A stretch of 64,000 bases of DNA from Phormidesmis sp. (GTDB lineage: Bacteria; Cyanobacteriota; Cyanobacteriia; Leptolyngbyales; Leptolyngbyaceae): assembly GCA_965248535.1 (NCBI GenBank), contig CBDFJR010000002.1, forward strand, positions 1,280,001-1,344,000. The letters run 5' to 3'. Below are positions 1 to 8,892 of the stretch, piece by piece. The notes under the pieces were generated by a model. That model was not told the origin of the DNA and did no database searches. It worked only from the letters and a program-made list of their open reading frames with translations. The position numbers were made by a program, and so were the translations under genes. The first letter of the stretch is position 1. Each line of letters opens with the position of its first letter.

Positions 1-283
1 AGCCTGTAGGAATAACGCGACGAAAGAAAATCCAATCATATTTGATGCGGGTAGCTTGTTCAATCCAAGCTTCACGGATAGGATAATCAGATTTTCCCCA
101 ACGAATTACATTACTTTTCAGGGTTGGTTGAGAGATCAATACTTCGCGTATTCGAGCTTCAGTAATTGATTCAGTCATAAATCCTGGAGAATAATATTCA
201 ACAACTATATTATTGACAAGTTGCATAACAACTAATATACCTACAAATATAGTGATAATTCCAGCAGCCACCTTGGACTTCAA
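1..283 (-). CDS. Hypothetical membrane-anchored protein, partial (runs off the window start); probable gene-cassette cargo
   Basis: Own translation: GAGG RBS, TTG at 283, MKSKVAAGIITIFVGILVVMQLVNN...; open to position 1; AT-rich; follows a GTTATGC core site at 376-370. Confidence 0.6.
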   Translation of the reverse strand, partial: MKSKVAAGIITIFVGILVVMQLVNNIVVEYYSPGFMTESITEARIREVLISQPTLKSNVIRWGKSDYPIREAWIEQATRIKYDWIFFRRVIPTG

Positions 284-397
284 ATCACTACCTCAGCGAT
301 AATATTAAGACAATTTAATTCTGAACACTGACAAGTATATTTTTAGCTAAGTCTTGATCAAAACTTGCGGCATAACTAAGCCTGTAATCTAAATACC

Positions 398-548
398 GCA
401 CTCGATTTTTGATGCGATCTCCCCAAGCCCTACAGCAGCTAGACAGTGTTTTCCTCAGCCTGAGCAGCTTGCATCTAAGCTAGTTTTCTAACCTACGATC
501 GTCAAGCAAAACTCAGAATGAGAAGTTTTTCGGAACACACTTAGCAAC
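398..548 (-). repeat. Conserved ~150 bp attC-adjacent leader, copy A
   Basis: Aligns with 1883-2027 and 2964-3059 (shared ccccaagccctacagcag and acctacgatcgtcaagcaaaa.tcagaatgag). Confidence 0.9.
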
Positions 549-634
549 ACCCAACGGCTAAGTTGAGCGGCGGCTAGTGTCCTTTGCATCCTCACCAAAA
601 TCTCTAGCCTGTCCGCGCCAACGTGCTGTTAGAC
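549..634 (-). other. attC-like integron cassette recombination site (86 bp)
   Basis: Minus strand: R'' GTCTAAC, L'' GTTGGCGCGG pairing with L' CCGCTCAAC (one extrahelical base), inner stem GGCTAG/CTAGCC, R' GTTGGGT (GTTRRRY). Confidence 0.8.
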
Positions 635-788
635 TGGGCTTTCGCGATAAGTTCACGACTCCTCTCCCGCCTTCCGCTTGCTGCTTTTGCAAATCAGCAA
701 AGATAGCTTTCAAATCATGATTGAATGAACGAGAATATTCTTCACGAATTCTGTGGATCTCTTCGACAATCTCATCTTGAAACATCAT
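558..788 (-). CDS. Small partner protein of the upstream PIN-domain gene (probable antitoxin); C-terminus reads through the attC
   Basis: DEIVEEIHRIREEY motif; start overlaps the PIN gene stop codon. Confidence 0.65.
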   Translation of the reverse strand: MMFQDEIVEEIHRIREEYSRSFNHDLKAIFADLQKQQAEGGRGVVNLSRKPSLTARWRGQARDFGEDAKDTSRRST

Positions 789-1261
789 TAACCTCCAAGA
801 AGTTCATAGGGTGTACAAAGAATCGGCAACTCGTATCCCAAATCAAAACTGATTTCTGCCAATTTTCTCTGAATTTGAGCGTTGGCAATGTGCTTACAAT
901 TCCAGGTCAGCAGGTAATCCATGCCGTGAACGGTTGCGGCTGCGATATGAATAGCGTCAACATCAGCTTTTGCGGGAAGGTTACTACGTCCCAAGAATTG
1001 TTCTGCTAAATCAAGTACAGACTGGTTCAAGTCGAGTAACGAAAAATTGCGAAGGATTTCTAGTCGTTGAGATGCGATCGCGGCATCGCCCTGAGAGGTT
1101 TCTTTCACGACTGCCTGAGAGGAATAGAGTTGGAAGTCGCTGCGGCGCGTATCCCACCACTCTCTCGTTATCTCAATACTTGCAGCCACAACAACGTCTC
1201 TGCTTGGTCGAGCAGTCAAGTAGCCTAAGATACTGGTTTCTATGTAGACGGTTTCACTCAT
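788..1261 (-). CDS. PIN-domain (VapC-like) type II toxin
   Basis: VYIETS, DAIHIAAA and LLTWNCKHIAN PIN motifs; ATG at 1261. Confidence 0.85.
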   Translation of the reverse strand: MSETVYIETSILGYLTARPSRDVVVAASIEITREWWDTRRSDFQLYSSQAVVKETSQGDAAIASQRLEILRNFSLLDLNQSVLDLAEQFLGRSNLPAKADVDAIHIAAATVHGMDYLLTWNCKHIANAQIQRKLAEISFDLGYELPILCTPYELLGG

Positions 1262-1288
1262 ACCCAGCAAATCGCAAGCCTCTTGATT

Positions 1289-1800
<512 letters not shown>

Positions 1801-1882
1801 TTCAGATTGAGTCCGGCTGTCAATGCACAGGTTCCCTAGACCGGAGATGTTCGCTTTAGCACTGAACGTGCTGTGATTGCTA

Positions 1883-2027
1883 CACTCGATTTTGACGCGA
1901 TCGCCCCAAGCCCTACAGCAGTTAAACAGCATTTTTCGCAGCCAGAACAGCCTACATTTAATCGATTCTGACCTACGATCGTCAAGCAAAATTCAGAATG
2001 AGAAGTTTTCGTAATACAGTCAGCAAC
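1883..2027 (-). repeat. Conserved ~150 bp attC-adjacent leader, copy B
   Basis: Aligns with copies A and C. Confidence 0.9.
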
Positions 2028-2114
2028 ACCTAACGGCTCAAATCAGCGGCGGCAGATAACCTTAAACTCACCACCAGAGGCTTTCAACCGTCTGCTGCAT
2101 TTGAATTGCTAGAC
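2028..2114 (-). other. attC-like site (87 bp) with one substitution in R''
   Basis: Minus strand: GTCTAGC ... CAAATGCAGC/GCTGATTTG (extrahelical G) ... GTTAGGT. Confidence 0.8.
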
Positions 2115-2188
2115 CGTGCCAAGCCAACAGTTGGAGCCACTAAGTGCACCATGATAATATCAGACAAATCGTTTCGACCTTGAGAAAA

Positions 2189-2443
2189 ATGGGGCTACAG
2201 ATCTCAATTTCTGACTCTATTGTGCAAGCTCTTCGCTTACCAGAACCGCGTATTGAGCAGGAATTACGTCGAGAATTAGCCATTGCGCTCTATACACAAG
2301 ACATTCTCTCCTTTGGTAAAGCACGAGAATTAGCTGAGATGGATAAATATGAGTTTGGGCAACTGCTGGCTCTTCGTGGAGTAGTGCGGCATTACGGTTT
2401 TACAGAATTAGATGATGATTTAAGCTATGCCCGTAGTCAGTAA
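2189..2443 (+). CDS. UPF0175 family antitoxin-like protein
   Basis: LAIALY..LSFGKARELA HTH-like motif; overlaps the downstream PIN gene. Confidence 0.8.
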   Translation: MGLQISISDSIVQALRLPEPRIEQELRRELAIALYTQDILSFGKARELAEMDKYEFGQLLALRGVVRHYGFTELDDDLSYARSQ

Positions 2444-2906
2444 CACTTCACCAATTCTCAATCTGGCGATCGTAAATCAGCTTATCCTCTTGCATCAGCA
2501 GTTTGGTGAAATTCTGGTTCCAAATGCTGTGTTGGATGAGTTAAAAGTTAGTGAAGAGCGACCGGGTTCTCAAGCAATTCGTGAAGCAATTTCGTCGGGT
2601 TGGATTCAGAGTCAAGAGGTAAGGAACGAACCCCTTGCTCAACTTTTGAAGCAAACACTGGATCGAGGAGAAGCTGAAGCGATCGCCCTCGCCATTGAGC
2701 TTAGGGCAGATTGGACGCTTCTGGATGAGCGTGAAGGCAGAAAAGTTGCCAAGTCTCTAGGATTGAGAGTAACGGGAATTTTGGGGATTTTGCTTCGGGC
2801 TAAACAGCTAGGTGAGATCGAATCATTACAGCTTGTTATTGACGACTTGATAAACAAAGCTGGATTTCGGATTGCACCAGAACTATTGACTCAAATTCTG
2901 ATGTAG
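2427..2906 (+). CDS. DUF3368 family PIN-domain toxin
   Basis: VVSNTSP, LDRGEAEAIALA, LLDEREGR and GILGIL motifs. Confidence 0.85.
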   Translation: MPVVSNTSPILNLAIVNQLILLHQQFGEILVPNAVLDELKVSEERPGSQAIREAISSGWIQSQEVRNEPLAQLLKQTLDRGEAEAIALAIELRADWTLLDEREGRKVAKSLGLRVTGILGILLRAKQLGEIESLQLVIDDLINKAGFRIAPELLTQILM

Positions 2907-2963
2907 TAAACTTTCATACATTTGGATAATTTATGATACTGGCGATGAGGACGGTTAGCACCT

Positions 2964-3059
2964 CGATCGCCACAGCAGTTAAACAGCGTTTTTCTCGGCT
3001 AGAACAGCCTACATTTAAGCGATTCTGACCTACGATCGTCAAGCAAAATTCAGAATGAG
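2964..3059 (-). repeat. Conserved leader, copy C (truncated); marks the array boundary
   Basis: Near-identical to copy B over ~95 bp; ends 8 bp before the GNAT start codon. Confidence 0.85.
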
Positions 3060-3067
3060 GCGCTTCA

Positions 3068-4255
3068 ATGGCTTCGGGTCAATTTGACTATCGCACATCA
3101 GCAGACTCTAGAGAAATGCAGCAGCTAGGATGGATTTTAGCGCAGTGCTTCAACAGTCCACCGATCCAGGAATCGGTCTACCTTAGCCGAATTGGGAGCG
3201 AAAACGTTCGCCTTCTCTACGATCGCGATCGCATAATCGGCGGACTGGGGCTGCTGCAACTAGGTCAGTGGTACGGTGGAGCGCGGGTGCCAATGGTCGG
3301 CATCGGTGCCGTAGGCATTGCGCCAGACTATCGGGGCAAAGGGGCCGCGATCGCGCTCATGCATAATGTGCTCAAAGAACTTCACACCACCGGAACGCCA
3401 CTTTCAGTCCTCTATTCGGCGGCTCAACCGCTCTACCGTAAAGCAGGCTATGAACAAGCTGGAACCCTCTGCACCTGGGAGATCCCCACTAGCAGCATTG
3501 AGCTTCGAGACGATGCCTTGCCGATCGAGCCAATTTCTCGCGACTCGACAGAGTTAGAGTTGGCGGCTCTTTATCCCCAGCAAGCCCGGTTAATCAACGG
3601 ACACCTCGATCGCAATGCTGCCATTTGGGAGGGGCTGCTAGACTGGCAAAAAGACGTTCCTCCCTATGCCTATCGACTGGGGACGGTAGTCCAGCCCGAA
3701 GGCTACGTCATTTTTCGGCAGCAGGGTGACGGCGATCACAGTCGGCTGGTGGTCAAAGATTGGATGCTGTCAACGCCTGCTGCGGTTCGACGATTTTGGT
3801 CGTTGATGGCGGCGCACCGTTCTCAAATTGAGATGATCGAGTGGCGAAGCGCCCCGATTGACCTGCTGACCCTCTTTTTACCAGAACAAAAGAAGTCCAA
3901 ACTACGATCGCTGACTCGCTGGATGCTGCGAATCGTCAACGTTCGGCAAGCCCTCGAAGCCCGCGGTTATCCGGCAGGCATTCAGGCCGAATTGCATCTT
4001 CAGATCCACGATCCGCAATTACCTGCCAACGAGGGCAAGCTCATTCTCACGGTCGCTGATGGCACTGGCACCGTTAGGCCTGGCGGACGAGGCGATTTGC
4101 AGCTTGAGGTCAGCAGTTTATCACCGCTCTATACCGGATTGTTTTCCCCGCAGCAGTTGCAAGGGTGCGATCGCTTAACGGCCACCGATTCTGCTCTGAC
4201 GATCGCGACTCAACTCTTTGCCGGGTCGCCTCCCTGGATGCCAGATACGTTTTAA
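3068..4255 (+). CDS. Eis-like GNAT N-acetyltransferase with C-terminal SCP2-like domain
   Basis: VGIAPDYRGKG acetyl-CoA motif, LYRKAGY, WMLRIVNV..AL..RGY. Confidence 0.85.
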   Translation: MASGQFDYRTSADSREMQQLGWILAQCFNSPPIQESVYLSRIGSENVRLLYDRDRIIGGLGLLQLGQWYGGARVPMVGIGAVGIAPDYRGKGAAIALMHNVLKELHTTGTPLSVLYSAAQPLYRKAGYEQAGTLCTWEIPTSSIELRDDALPIEPISRDSTELELAALYPQQARLINGHLDRNAAIWEGLLDWQKDVPPYAYRLGTVVQPEGYVIFRQQGDGDHSRLVVKDWMLSTPAAVRRFWSLMAAHRSQIEMIEWRSAPIDLLTLFLPEQKKSKLRSLTRWMLRIVNVRQALEARGYPAGIQAELHLQIHDPQLPANEGKLILTVADGTGTVRPGGRGDLQLEVSSLSPLYTGLFSPQQLQGCDRLTATDSALTIATQLFAGSPPWMPDTF

Positions 4256-4354
4256 CGCCTGTATGTTTATCCGATTAATTGTGATTTTAATAACAACCGG
4301 GGAACCCGTGTCTATGATATTCGTCTACGAGAAACGTTGTATAAAAGCTTCACC

Positions 4355-4903
4355 ATGCTAAGACCTCTTTTGTCTGGAGCGACGATCGCTAGTTTAACGA
4401 TCGTGGGCGGTCTAGGAATTTCTTCCGCCGCTCAAACCCGCGCCACCTTGACAAAACCGATACCAGCAGTGCCTTCTACAGCTTCGGTCAACTTGGTGGC
4501 TCAGGCAAACTTGACAACACAATCTCTTGAGCAAGCGGTCTACCAGCAAATTAATCAATATCGTGCCAGCAAGGGGCTTCCGGCTCTGACGATCGTTCCG
4601 GCTCTAACTCAGCAAGCCCGGCTCCACAGCCAAGATATGTCCACCGGAAAGATGCCCTTTGGTCATCAGGGGTTTGAGCAGCGAGTTAAAGAAATCGCCA
4701 AATCGGTTTCCTATCGTGGGGCTGCCGAAAACGTTGCCTACAACATCGGCTATCGAGACCCCGTAGACCAAGCGGTGCAGGGCTGGCTCAAAAGCCCAGG
4801 GCACTTGAAAAACATTCAGGGAAACTACGGGCTGACCGGGGTCGGGGTCAGTCGCAATGCCAAGGGAGAGATCTACTTTACGCAGATCTTTATTCGCAAA
4901 TAG
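4355..4903 (+). CDS. Secreted CAP/SCP domain protein
   Basis: Signal-like N-terminus; INQYRA, HSQDM, ENVA, WLKSPGH and YFTQIF motifs. Confidence 0.9.
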   Translation: MLRPLLSGATIASLTIVGGLGISSAAQTRATLTKPIPAVPSTASVNLVAQANLTTQSLEQAVYQQINQYRASKGLPALTIVPALTQQARLHSQDMSTGKMPFGHQGFEQRVKEIAKSVSYRGAAENVAYNIGYRDPVDQAVQGWLKSPGHLKNIQGNYGLTGVGVSRNAKGEIYFTQIFIRK

Positions 4904-4932
4904 GCAGAGGCATCACGGCTAAGGTTGCACCC

Positions 4933-4981
4933 TGGGAAGTCGTACTATGGGATTAAACGAACCCCATAGTACGACTTCCCA
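4933..4981. repeat. Perfect 19-bp inverted repeat with an 11-nt loop
   Basis: TGGGAAGTCGTACTATGGG (4933-4951) / CCCATAGTACGACTTCCCA (4963-4981). Confidence 0.9.
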
Positions 4982-4991
4982 CTTAGCTTAA

Positions 4992-5621
4992 ATGGAACCT
5001 AAAGACTTTCTGATTTGTGACGGTGATCTACCCACAGCCTGGTTAGAGCGTTATTTAGAAACTGATGCGATCGCCGTTGACACTGAGACAATGGGCCTGT
5101 TGCCTCAGCGCGATCGCCTCTGTCTGGTGCAGTTGTGCGACGGCGACGATCGCGTGGCCGTCGTGCGAATTGCTCAAAAACAAACGGCTGCGCCCAATCT
5201 CAAACAGGTGCTAGAAGCCCCGGCGATTACCAAAATTTTTCACTTTGCGCGGTTTGACATCACCACCCTGCGCCACCATTTAGACATTCACGTTACGCCT
5301 TTGTTTTGTACTAAAATCGCCAGCAAACTAGCCCGCACCTACAGTCCTAAGCACGGCTTAAAAGATCTGGTTCAAGAACTAACGGGGGTAGAGCTAGACA
5401 AAAGCGCCCAAAGCTCAGACTGGGGAAACGCCGCCAATCTGTCAGAAACCCAACTGCGATACGCCGCCAACGATGTTCGTTATTTGATCAGCGCTCGTCA
5501 AAAACTAATCGCGATGCTAGAGCGAGAAGACCGTTTAGACCTGGCCGAACAGTGTTTTCAATGTCTACCAACGTTTAGCGAGTTAGATCTGATGCAGTAT
5601 CAGGGCATTTTTGAGCACTAG
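4992..5621 (+). CDS. rnd: Ribonuclease D-like DEDD 3'-5' exonuclease
   Basis: AVDTET, FHFARFD, SSDW and YAANDV motifs. Confidence 0.85.
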   Translation: MEPKDFLICDGDLPTAWLERYLETDAIAVDTETMGLLPQRDRLCLVQLCDGDDRVAVVRIAQKQTAAPNLKQVLEAPAITKIFHFARFDITTLRHHLDIHVTPLFCTKIASKLARTYSPKHGLKDLVQELTGVELDKSAQSSDWGNAANLSETQLRYAANDVRYLISARQKLIAMLEREDRLDLAEQCFQCLPTFSELDLMQYQGIFEH

Positions 5622-5659
5622 AATTGGGTGTACTTTAGGTGTGAAGACTTGCAACGTTA

Positions 5660-6355
5660 ATGCTGACTCCTGCAATCCCCAATCTTGACTTCCCGCAGCC
5701 TCAAACCTTCTCGGCGATTCTCTATGATCTCGATGGCACTCTGGCAAACACTGACCCGCTGCACTTTCAAGCGTGGCAAGAGTCTTTGCAGCCCTATGAC
5801 TTAGAGATTGACGAAACCTTTTATAAGCGCCACATTAGCGGGCGGTTAAACCCCGACATTGTGGCCGATTTGTTGCCTCAGTTGACCTGTGAAGCAAGTC
5901 AAGCATTTGTCGATCGTAAAGAATCCCGATTCCGATCGCTGGCTCTGCACCTCACTCCGATTGCAGGGTTGCCGCGGTTGCTAGATTGGGCCGCTCGCCG
6001 CCCGCTCAAGCAAGCTGTGGTCACCAATGCACCGGGCGACAATGCGCGATTTATGCTCAAAGCGCTCAACCTAGAATCTGTCTTTGATCACCTCGTGCTC
6101 TCTGAAGACTTAGCGGCTGGCAAACCCGATCCGCTTCCTTATCTCCATAGTTTGCAGCTATTTGGATTGCAGGCTAGTCAAGCGATCGCCTTTGAAGATT
6201 CTCCGTCAGGGGTGAGATCGGCCGTCGCTGCGGGAATTTTCACCATTGGCATTGCCTCGACTCAAGACCCAGCCGATCTCTATGAGGTGGGAGCCGCGAT
6301 CGTAGTGCCCGACTTTAACGCGCCTGACCTGTGGAAACGGTTAGAAGGTCTTTAG
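5660..6355 (+). CDS. HAD family phosphatase (beta-PGM/CbbY-like)
   Basis: YDLDGTL, VTNA, KPDP and FEDS motifs. Confidence 0.9.
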   Translation: MLTPAIPNLDFPQPQTFSAILYDLDGTLANTDPLHFQAWQESLQPYDLEIDETFYKRHISGRLNPDIVADLLPQLTCEASQAFVDRKESRFRSLALHLTPIAGLPRLLDWAARRPLKQAVVTNAPGDNARFMLKALNLESVFDHLVLSEDLAAGKPDPLPYLHSLQLFGLQASQAIAFEDSPSGVRSAVAAGIFTIGIASTQDPADLYEVGAAIVVPDFNAPDLWKRLEGL

Positions 6356-6489
6356 GATCGTGGATTAAATAACCTGTAAAAGTTCTCTGATTTTTCAGCG
6401 CCGGGATTTTAGCCCTTGTATCTTGAGAGTGTAGTAGAGGCTAAAGCCGACCGGAACGCAGCGACAAAGACGGGTGTACCGTAGCTCTT

Positions 6490-6670
6490 TAGGGCGATCC
6501 CATGCATGAATCCTCCCCCACTTGCCTACGGCGAAGTGGAGGTGTCTTTACGCGATAGACTGAGCTTGTGAGAGCCAGAGTATCGACAAAGTTACCGGGA
6601 TTCTCGGTGCATCCTGAGAACTTTTGCTCAGGAATACCTCACTGCCATTTCTGCGAGTGAGTTTGTAGAA
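6490..6670 (-). ncRNA. Predicted TnpB omega/reRNA scaffold plus flank-derived guide
   Basis: Hairpins CTCACT/AGTGAG (6638-6661), CCTGAG/CTCAGG (6613-6632) and the right-end stem overlap the tnpB 3' end; position inferred from known TnpB systems. Confidence 0.5.
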
Positions 6671-7690
6671 GTGCCACTGGTGAAGAAGGCTAACGCTTTA
6701 TTGTGGCTTGGTCTTGCGACTTTTCCGCTTCCACCGTAGGCGTAGGCGCTGGTGTATTTGGGAATCACGTCATCGACAGATCCCCCAACCTCTCAAAACT
6801 TCTCTTCCGTGAAGGTTGCGATAGCGCGATGCAGCCATCCATTTGATGTTGGCACATTTGCGGTAGAGAGATTTGCAGAAACCTTTGTACAGGTTTTTAG
6901 TCTTCTTCGCCCTGGCTCTAATCCTTTGCAAGCGTTGATCACGGCGGTCTATGTCTCTTCCAGGGTGAATGAATTCACGATGGATTACAGTACCACTTGA
7001 ATTGATAGCCGTCACCGTTGCCGTTGTATTGATGCCTAAATCGACACTGACCACAACATCTTTATTCCCATACTGCTTATCGGGTTTAACCTCAAACGGA
7101 ACGGATAGATAAATGCTGCGATGATTGACGATTAGACTCGGTGAGCATTGCGTGTGAGTCTCTAGACCATGCCGTTTTCCCTGTTTTCCTAATGGGATTT
7201 CTACCCAGATCCAATCATTGCGATGAAAGACTTTAATCTCTACAGAGTTGGCGTGATACTTGATGCACTGACCCTTGTAGAGTGAGGGGTACACACCCGC
7301 TTCAGCATTCAGTCTGGGCGGTTTTGCCTGACGATGCTTTCTAATTCCTGATTGCCACTGAGCATATCGGGTGACGAAAGACAAAACCTGCCCTAGACAA
7401 AACGCAATAGCGCTGCGGCGATAGTAACTGGGGAACTTGGGGAATCTTTTCTCAAAATAAGCAGCGTACTTGGGAGCCGAATTTTGAGCAGTTCGGTGCA
7501 TCAGTTTTTCGACCTGTGGCACTTGCTGCTTTTGAGACAGAGAGCTTAAGTGATCCCAGTTAACGTAAATCACTCCAGTCAGCGCCCGAACGTAGGCTCT
7601 AAACGCAATCACGGTTGAACTGAGCGCCGATTTTGCGTCAGCACTGGGTTGTAATTCCCATCTGTCAGTTCTCATGATTGCGTTTTTCAT
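6548..7690 (-). pseudogene. tnpB: TnpB RNA-guided nuclease, disrupted (two frameshifting deletions and an internal stop)
   Basis: RuvC-I VSVDLGIN retained; frame jumps at ~6843 (..CANI / GWLHR..) and ~6672 (..FTSG / FYKLTRRN..PVTLSILW); TGA at 6793-6795. Confidence 0.85.
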
Positions 7691-7692
7691 GA

Positions 7693-7971
7693 CTAGATAA
7701 TGCTCAGAAAAGGGTGATTGAGCGGAACTGTCCACTCATTAAAATCAAACGACTTCATCGGATAGGGTTGATAGATTCCCCCAGACGAACCCTGCCTAGC
7801 CGTCAAGCAAACGTGAGTACCGTTGCACCATTTCACCCAGTACACCCGACCCGTGAACCGCACAACCCGACTTGAATAGTAAATCTCTTGAGGCGTTGGT
7901 TTGGGTGCAAGCTGTGGAGACATGAAGCCCGATGCTGGACGCAATGCTGTCCTATTTTGAGTAGCAACCAT
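7693..7971 (-). CDS. Hypothetical 92-aa protein inside the IS; stop codon 2 nt before the tnpB ATG
   Basis: AAGGA RBS, then ATG at 7971 (MVATQNRTAL...PFLSII). Confidence 0.6.
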   Translation of the reverse strand: MVATQNRTALRPASGFMSPQLAPKPTPQEIYYSSRVVRFTGRVYWVKWCNGTHVCLTARQGSSGGIYQPYPMKSFDFNEWTVPLNHPFLSII

Positions 7972-8030
7972 TTGTTTGTCCTTAAAACAGCGAAGCCAGC
8001 GCCCCCGGGTGCAGCGCTGGAAGGAGTTAG

Positions 8031-8198
8031 TTATTTTTTGGCTTCTTCGACAGCCTCTTTCTGAATGTCTTCCCACTCCTTGATCTTTTGGTCAGACTCC
8101 TCTTCGGTCGCGGGTCGTTCGTTTCCGTGTTCTTCGGTCACAAACTTTCCGCCCTCTCCGACATAAGTTCTGGCGTTATCGTCTTTTGGATCTGGCAT
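8031..8198 (-). CDS. Hypothetical 55-aa acidic protein inside the IS (absent from the ORF track)
   Basis: AGGAG RBS, ATG at 8198: MPDPKDDNARTYVGEGGKFVTEEHGNERPATEEESDQKIKEWEDIQKEAVEEAKK; followed by hairpin CCAGCGC/GCGCTGG. Confidence 0.65.
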   Translation of the reverse strand: MPDPKDDNARTYVGEGGKFVTEEHGNERPATEEESDQKIKEWEDIQKEAVEEAKK

Positions 8199-8327
8199 GA
8201 TCAATTGGCTCCTAGTTCGGTATGTACGGACGTTGGGGAAGTCGTCTTAGTGGAGTGCTGAAATCACTTCACTGGGGCGCATCTCATCAGATGCTAGACT
8301 ATTAAAATAGTAACATAGTGTCTAGAG

Positions 8328-8747
8328 ATGTCAAGGAAGTTAAAGCATTACGCTCACGCTGTTTGCGGCATTCAGATTCATATAGTGTTTTGCACTAAGT
8401 ATCGTCATCCAGTGATCACGGAGGCGATAGAGTTACGACTGAAAGCAATCATAGAAAAACTCTGCACTACCCAAAAATGCGAATTGATTGAGGCGAAAGC
8501 AGACCTAGAAAAGCGTGACCACGTTCACTTACTTATAGAAATAGCGCCTGATATTGCCGTCTCAAAACTGGTTAATATTCTCAAAACAATCAGTAGCCGA
8601 GAACTTCGCAAGGAATTCGCAGAACACCTAAAGCCCTACTATTGGAAGCCTGTCTTTTGGAAGCGAGGGTATTGCGCCGTTTCGGCTGGCGGGGCATCCC
8701 TCGAAGCTCTAAAGCAGTACATAGAAAGTCAGGGATATGACGACTAG
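8328..8747 (+). CDS. tnpA: IS200/IS605 Y1 (HUH) transposase
   Basis: HIVFCTKYR, DHVHLL, LKTISSR, FWKRGY and YIESQ motifs. Confidence 0.95.
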   Translation: MSRKLKHYAHAVCGIQIHIVFCTKYRHPVITEAIELRLKAIIEKLCTTQKCELIEAKADLEKRDHVHLLIEIAPDIAVSKLVNILKTISSRELRKEFAEHLKPYYWKPVFWKRGYCAVSAGGASLEALKQYIESQGYDD

Positions 8748-8892
8748 CGTTAGGGGAGAGTGGCGACTCCGCTACTCTCCCTCGTGAAGCGGGGCGAAGC
8801 CCTCGCCTCGCCCTTGACCCCCACTTGCTCCATTTCGCACCTCGCTACGCTGGTACTGCATTGCGCGAAGGGGGGAATGCGGACGACCTTGT

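Larger units (their letters stand above)
6506..8892 (-). mobile_element. IS200/IS605 family element with divergent tnpA and tnpB plus two passenger ORFs
   Basis: Right-end hairpin CCTCCACTT..AAGTGGGGG followed by GATTCAT (6506); related left-end hairpin CCCCCCTTCGC..GCAAGTGGGGG; TTGA(A) target at 8892-8896 overlapping the EAL gene stop codon. Confidence 0.85.

Noticed and set aside
7972..8076. Longer 127-aa version of the IS passenger ORF
   Set aside because: It overlaps the 55-aa ORF and a hairpin; the RBS supports ATG 7971
4934..8247. GGGAAGTCGT shared by the rnd hairpin and the IS control region
   Set aside because: A 10-bp match is expected by chance
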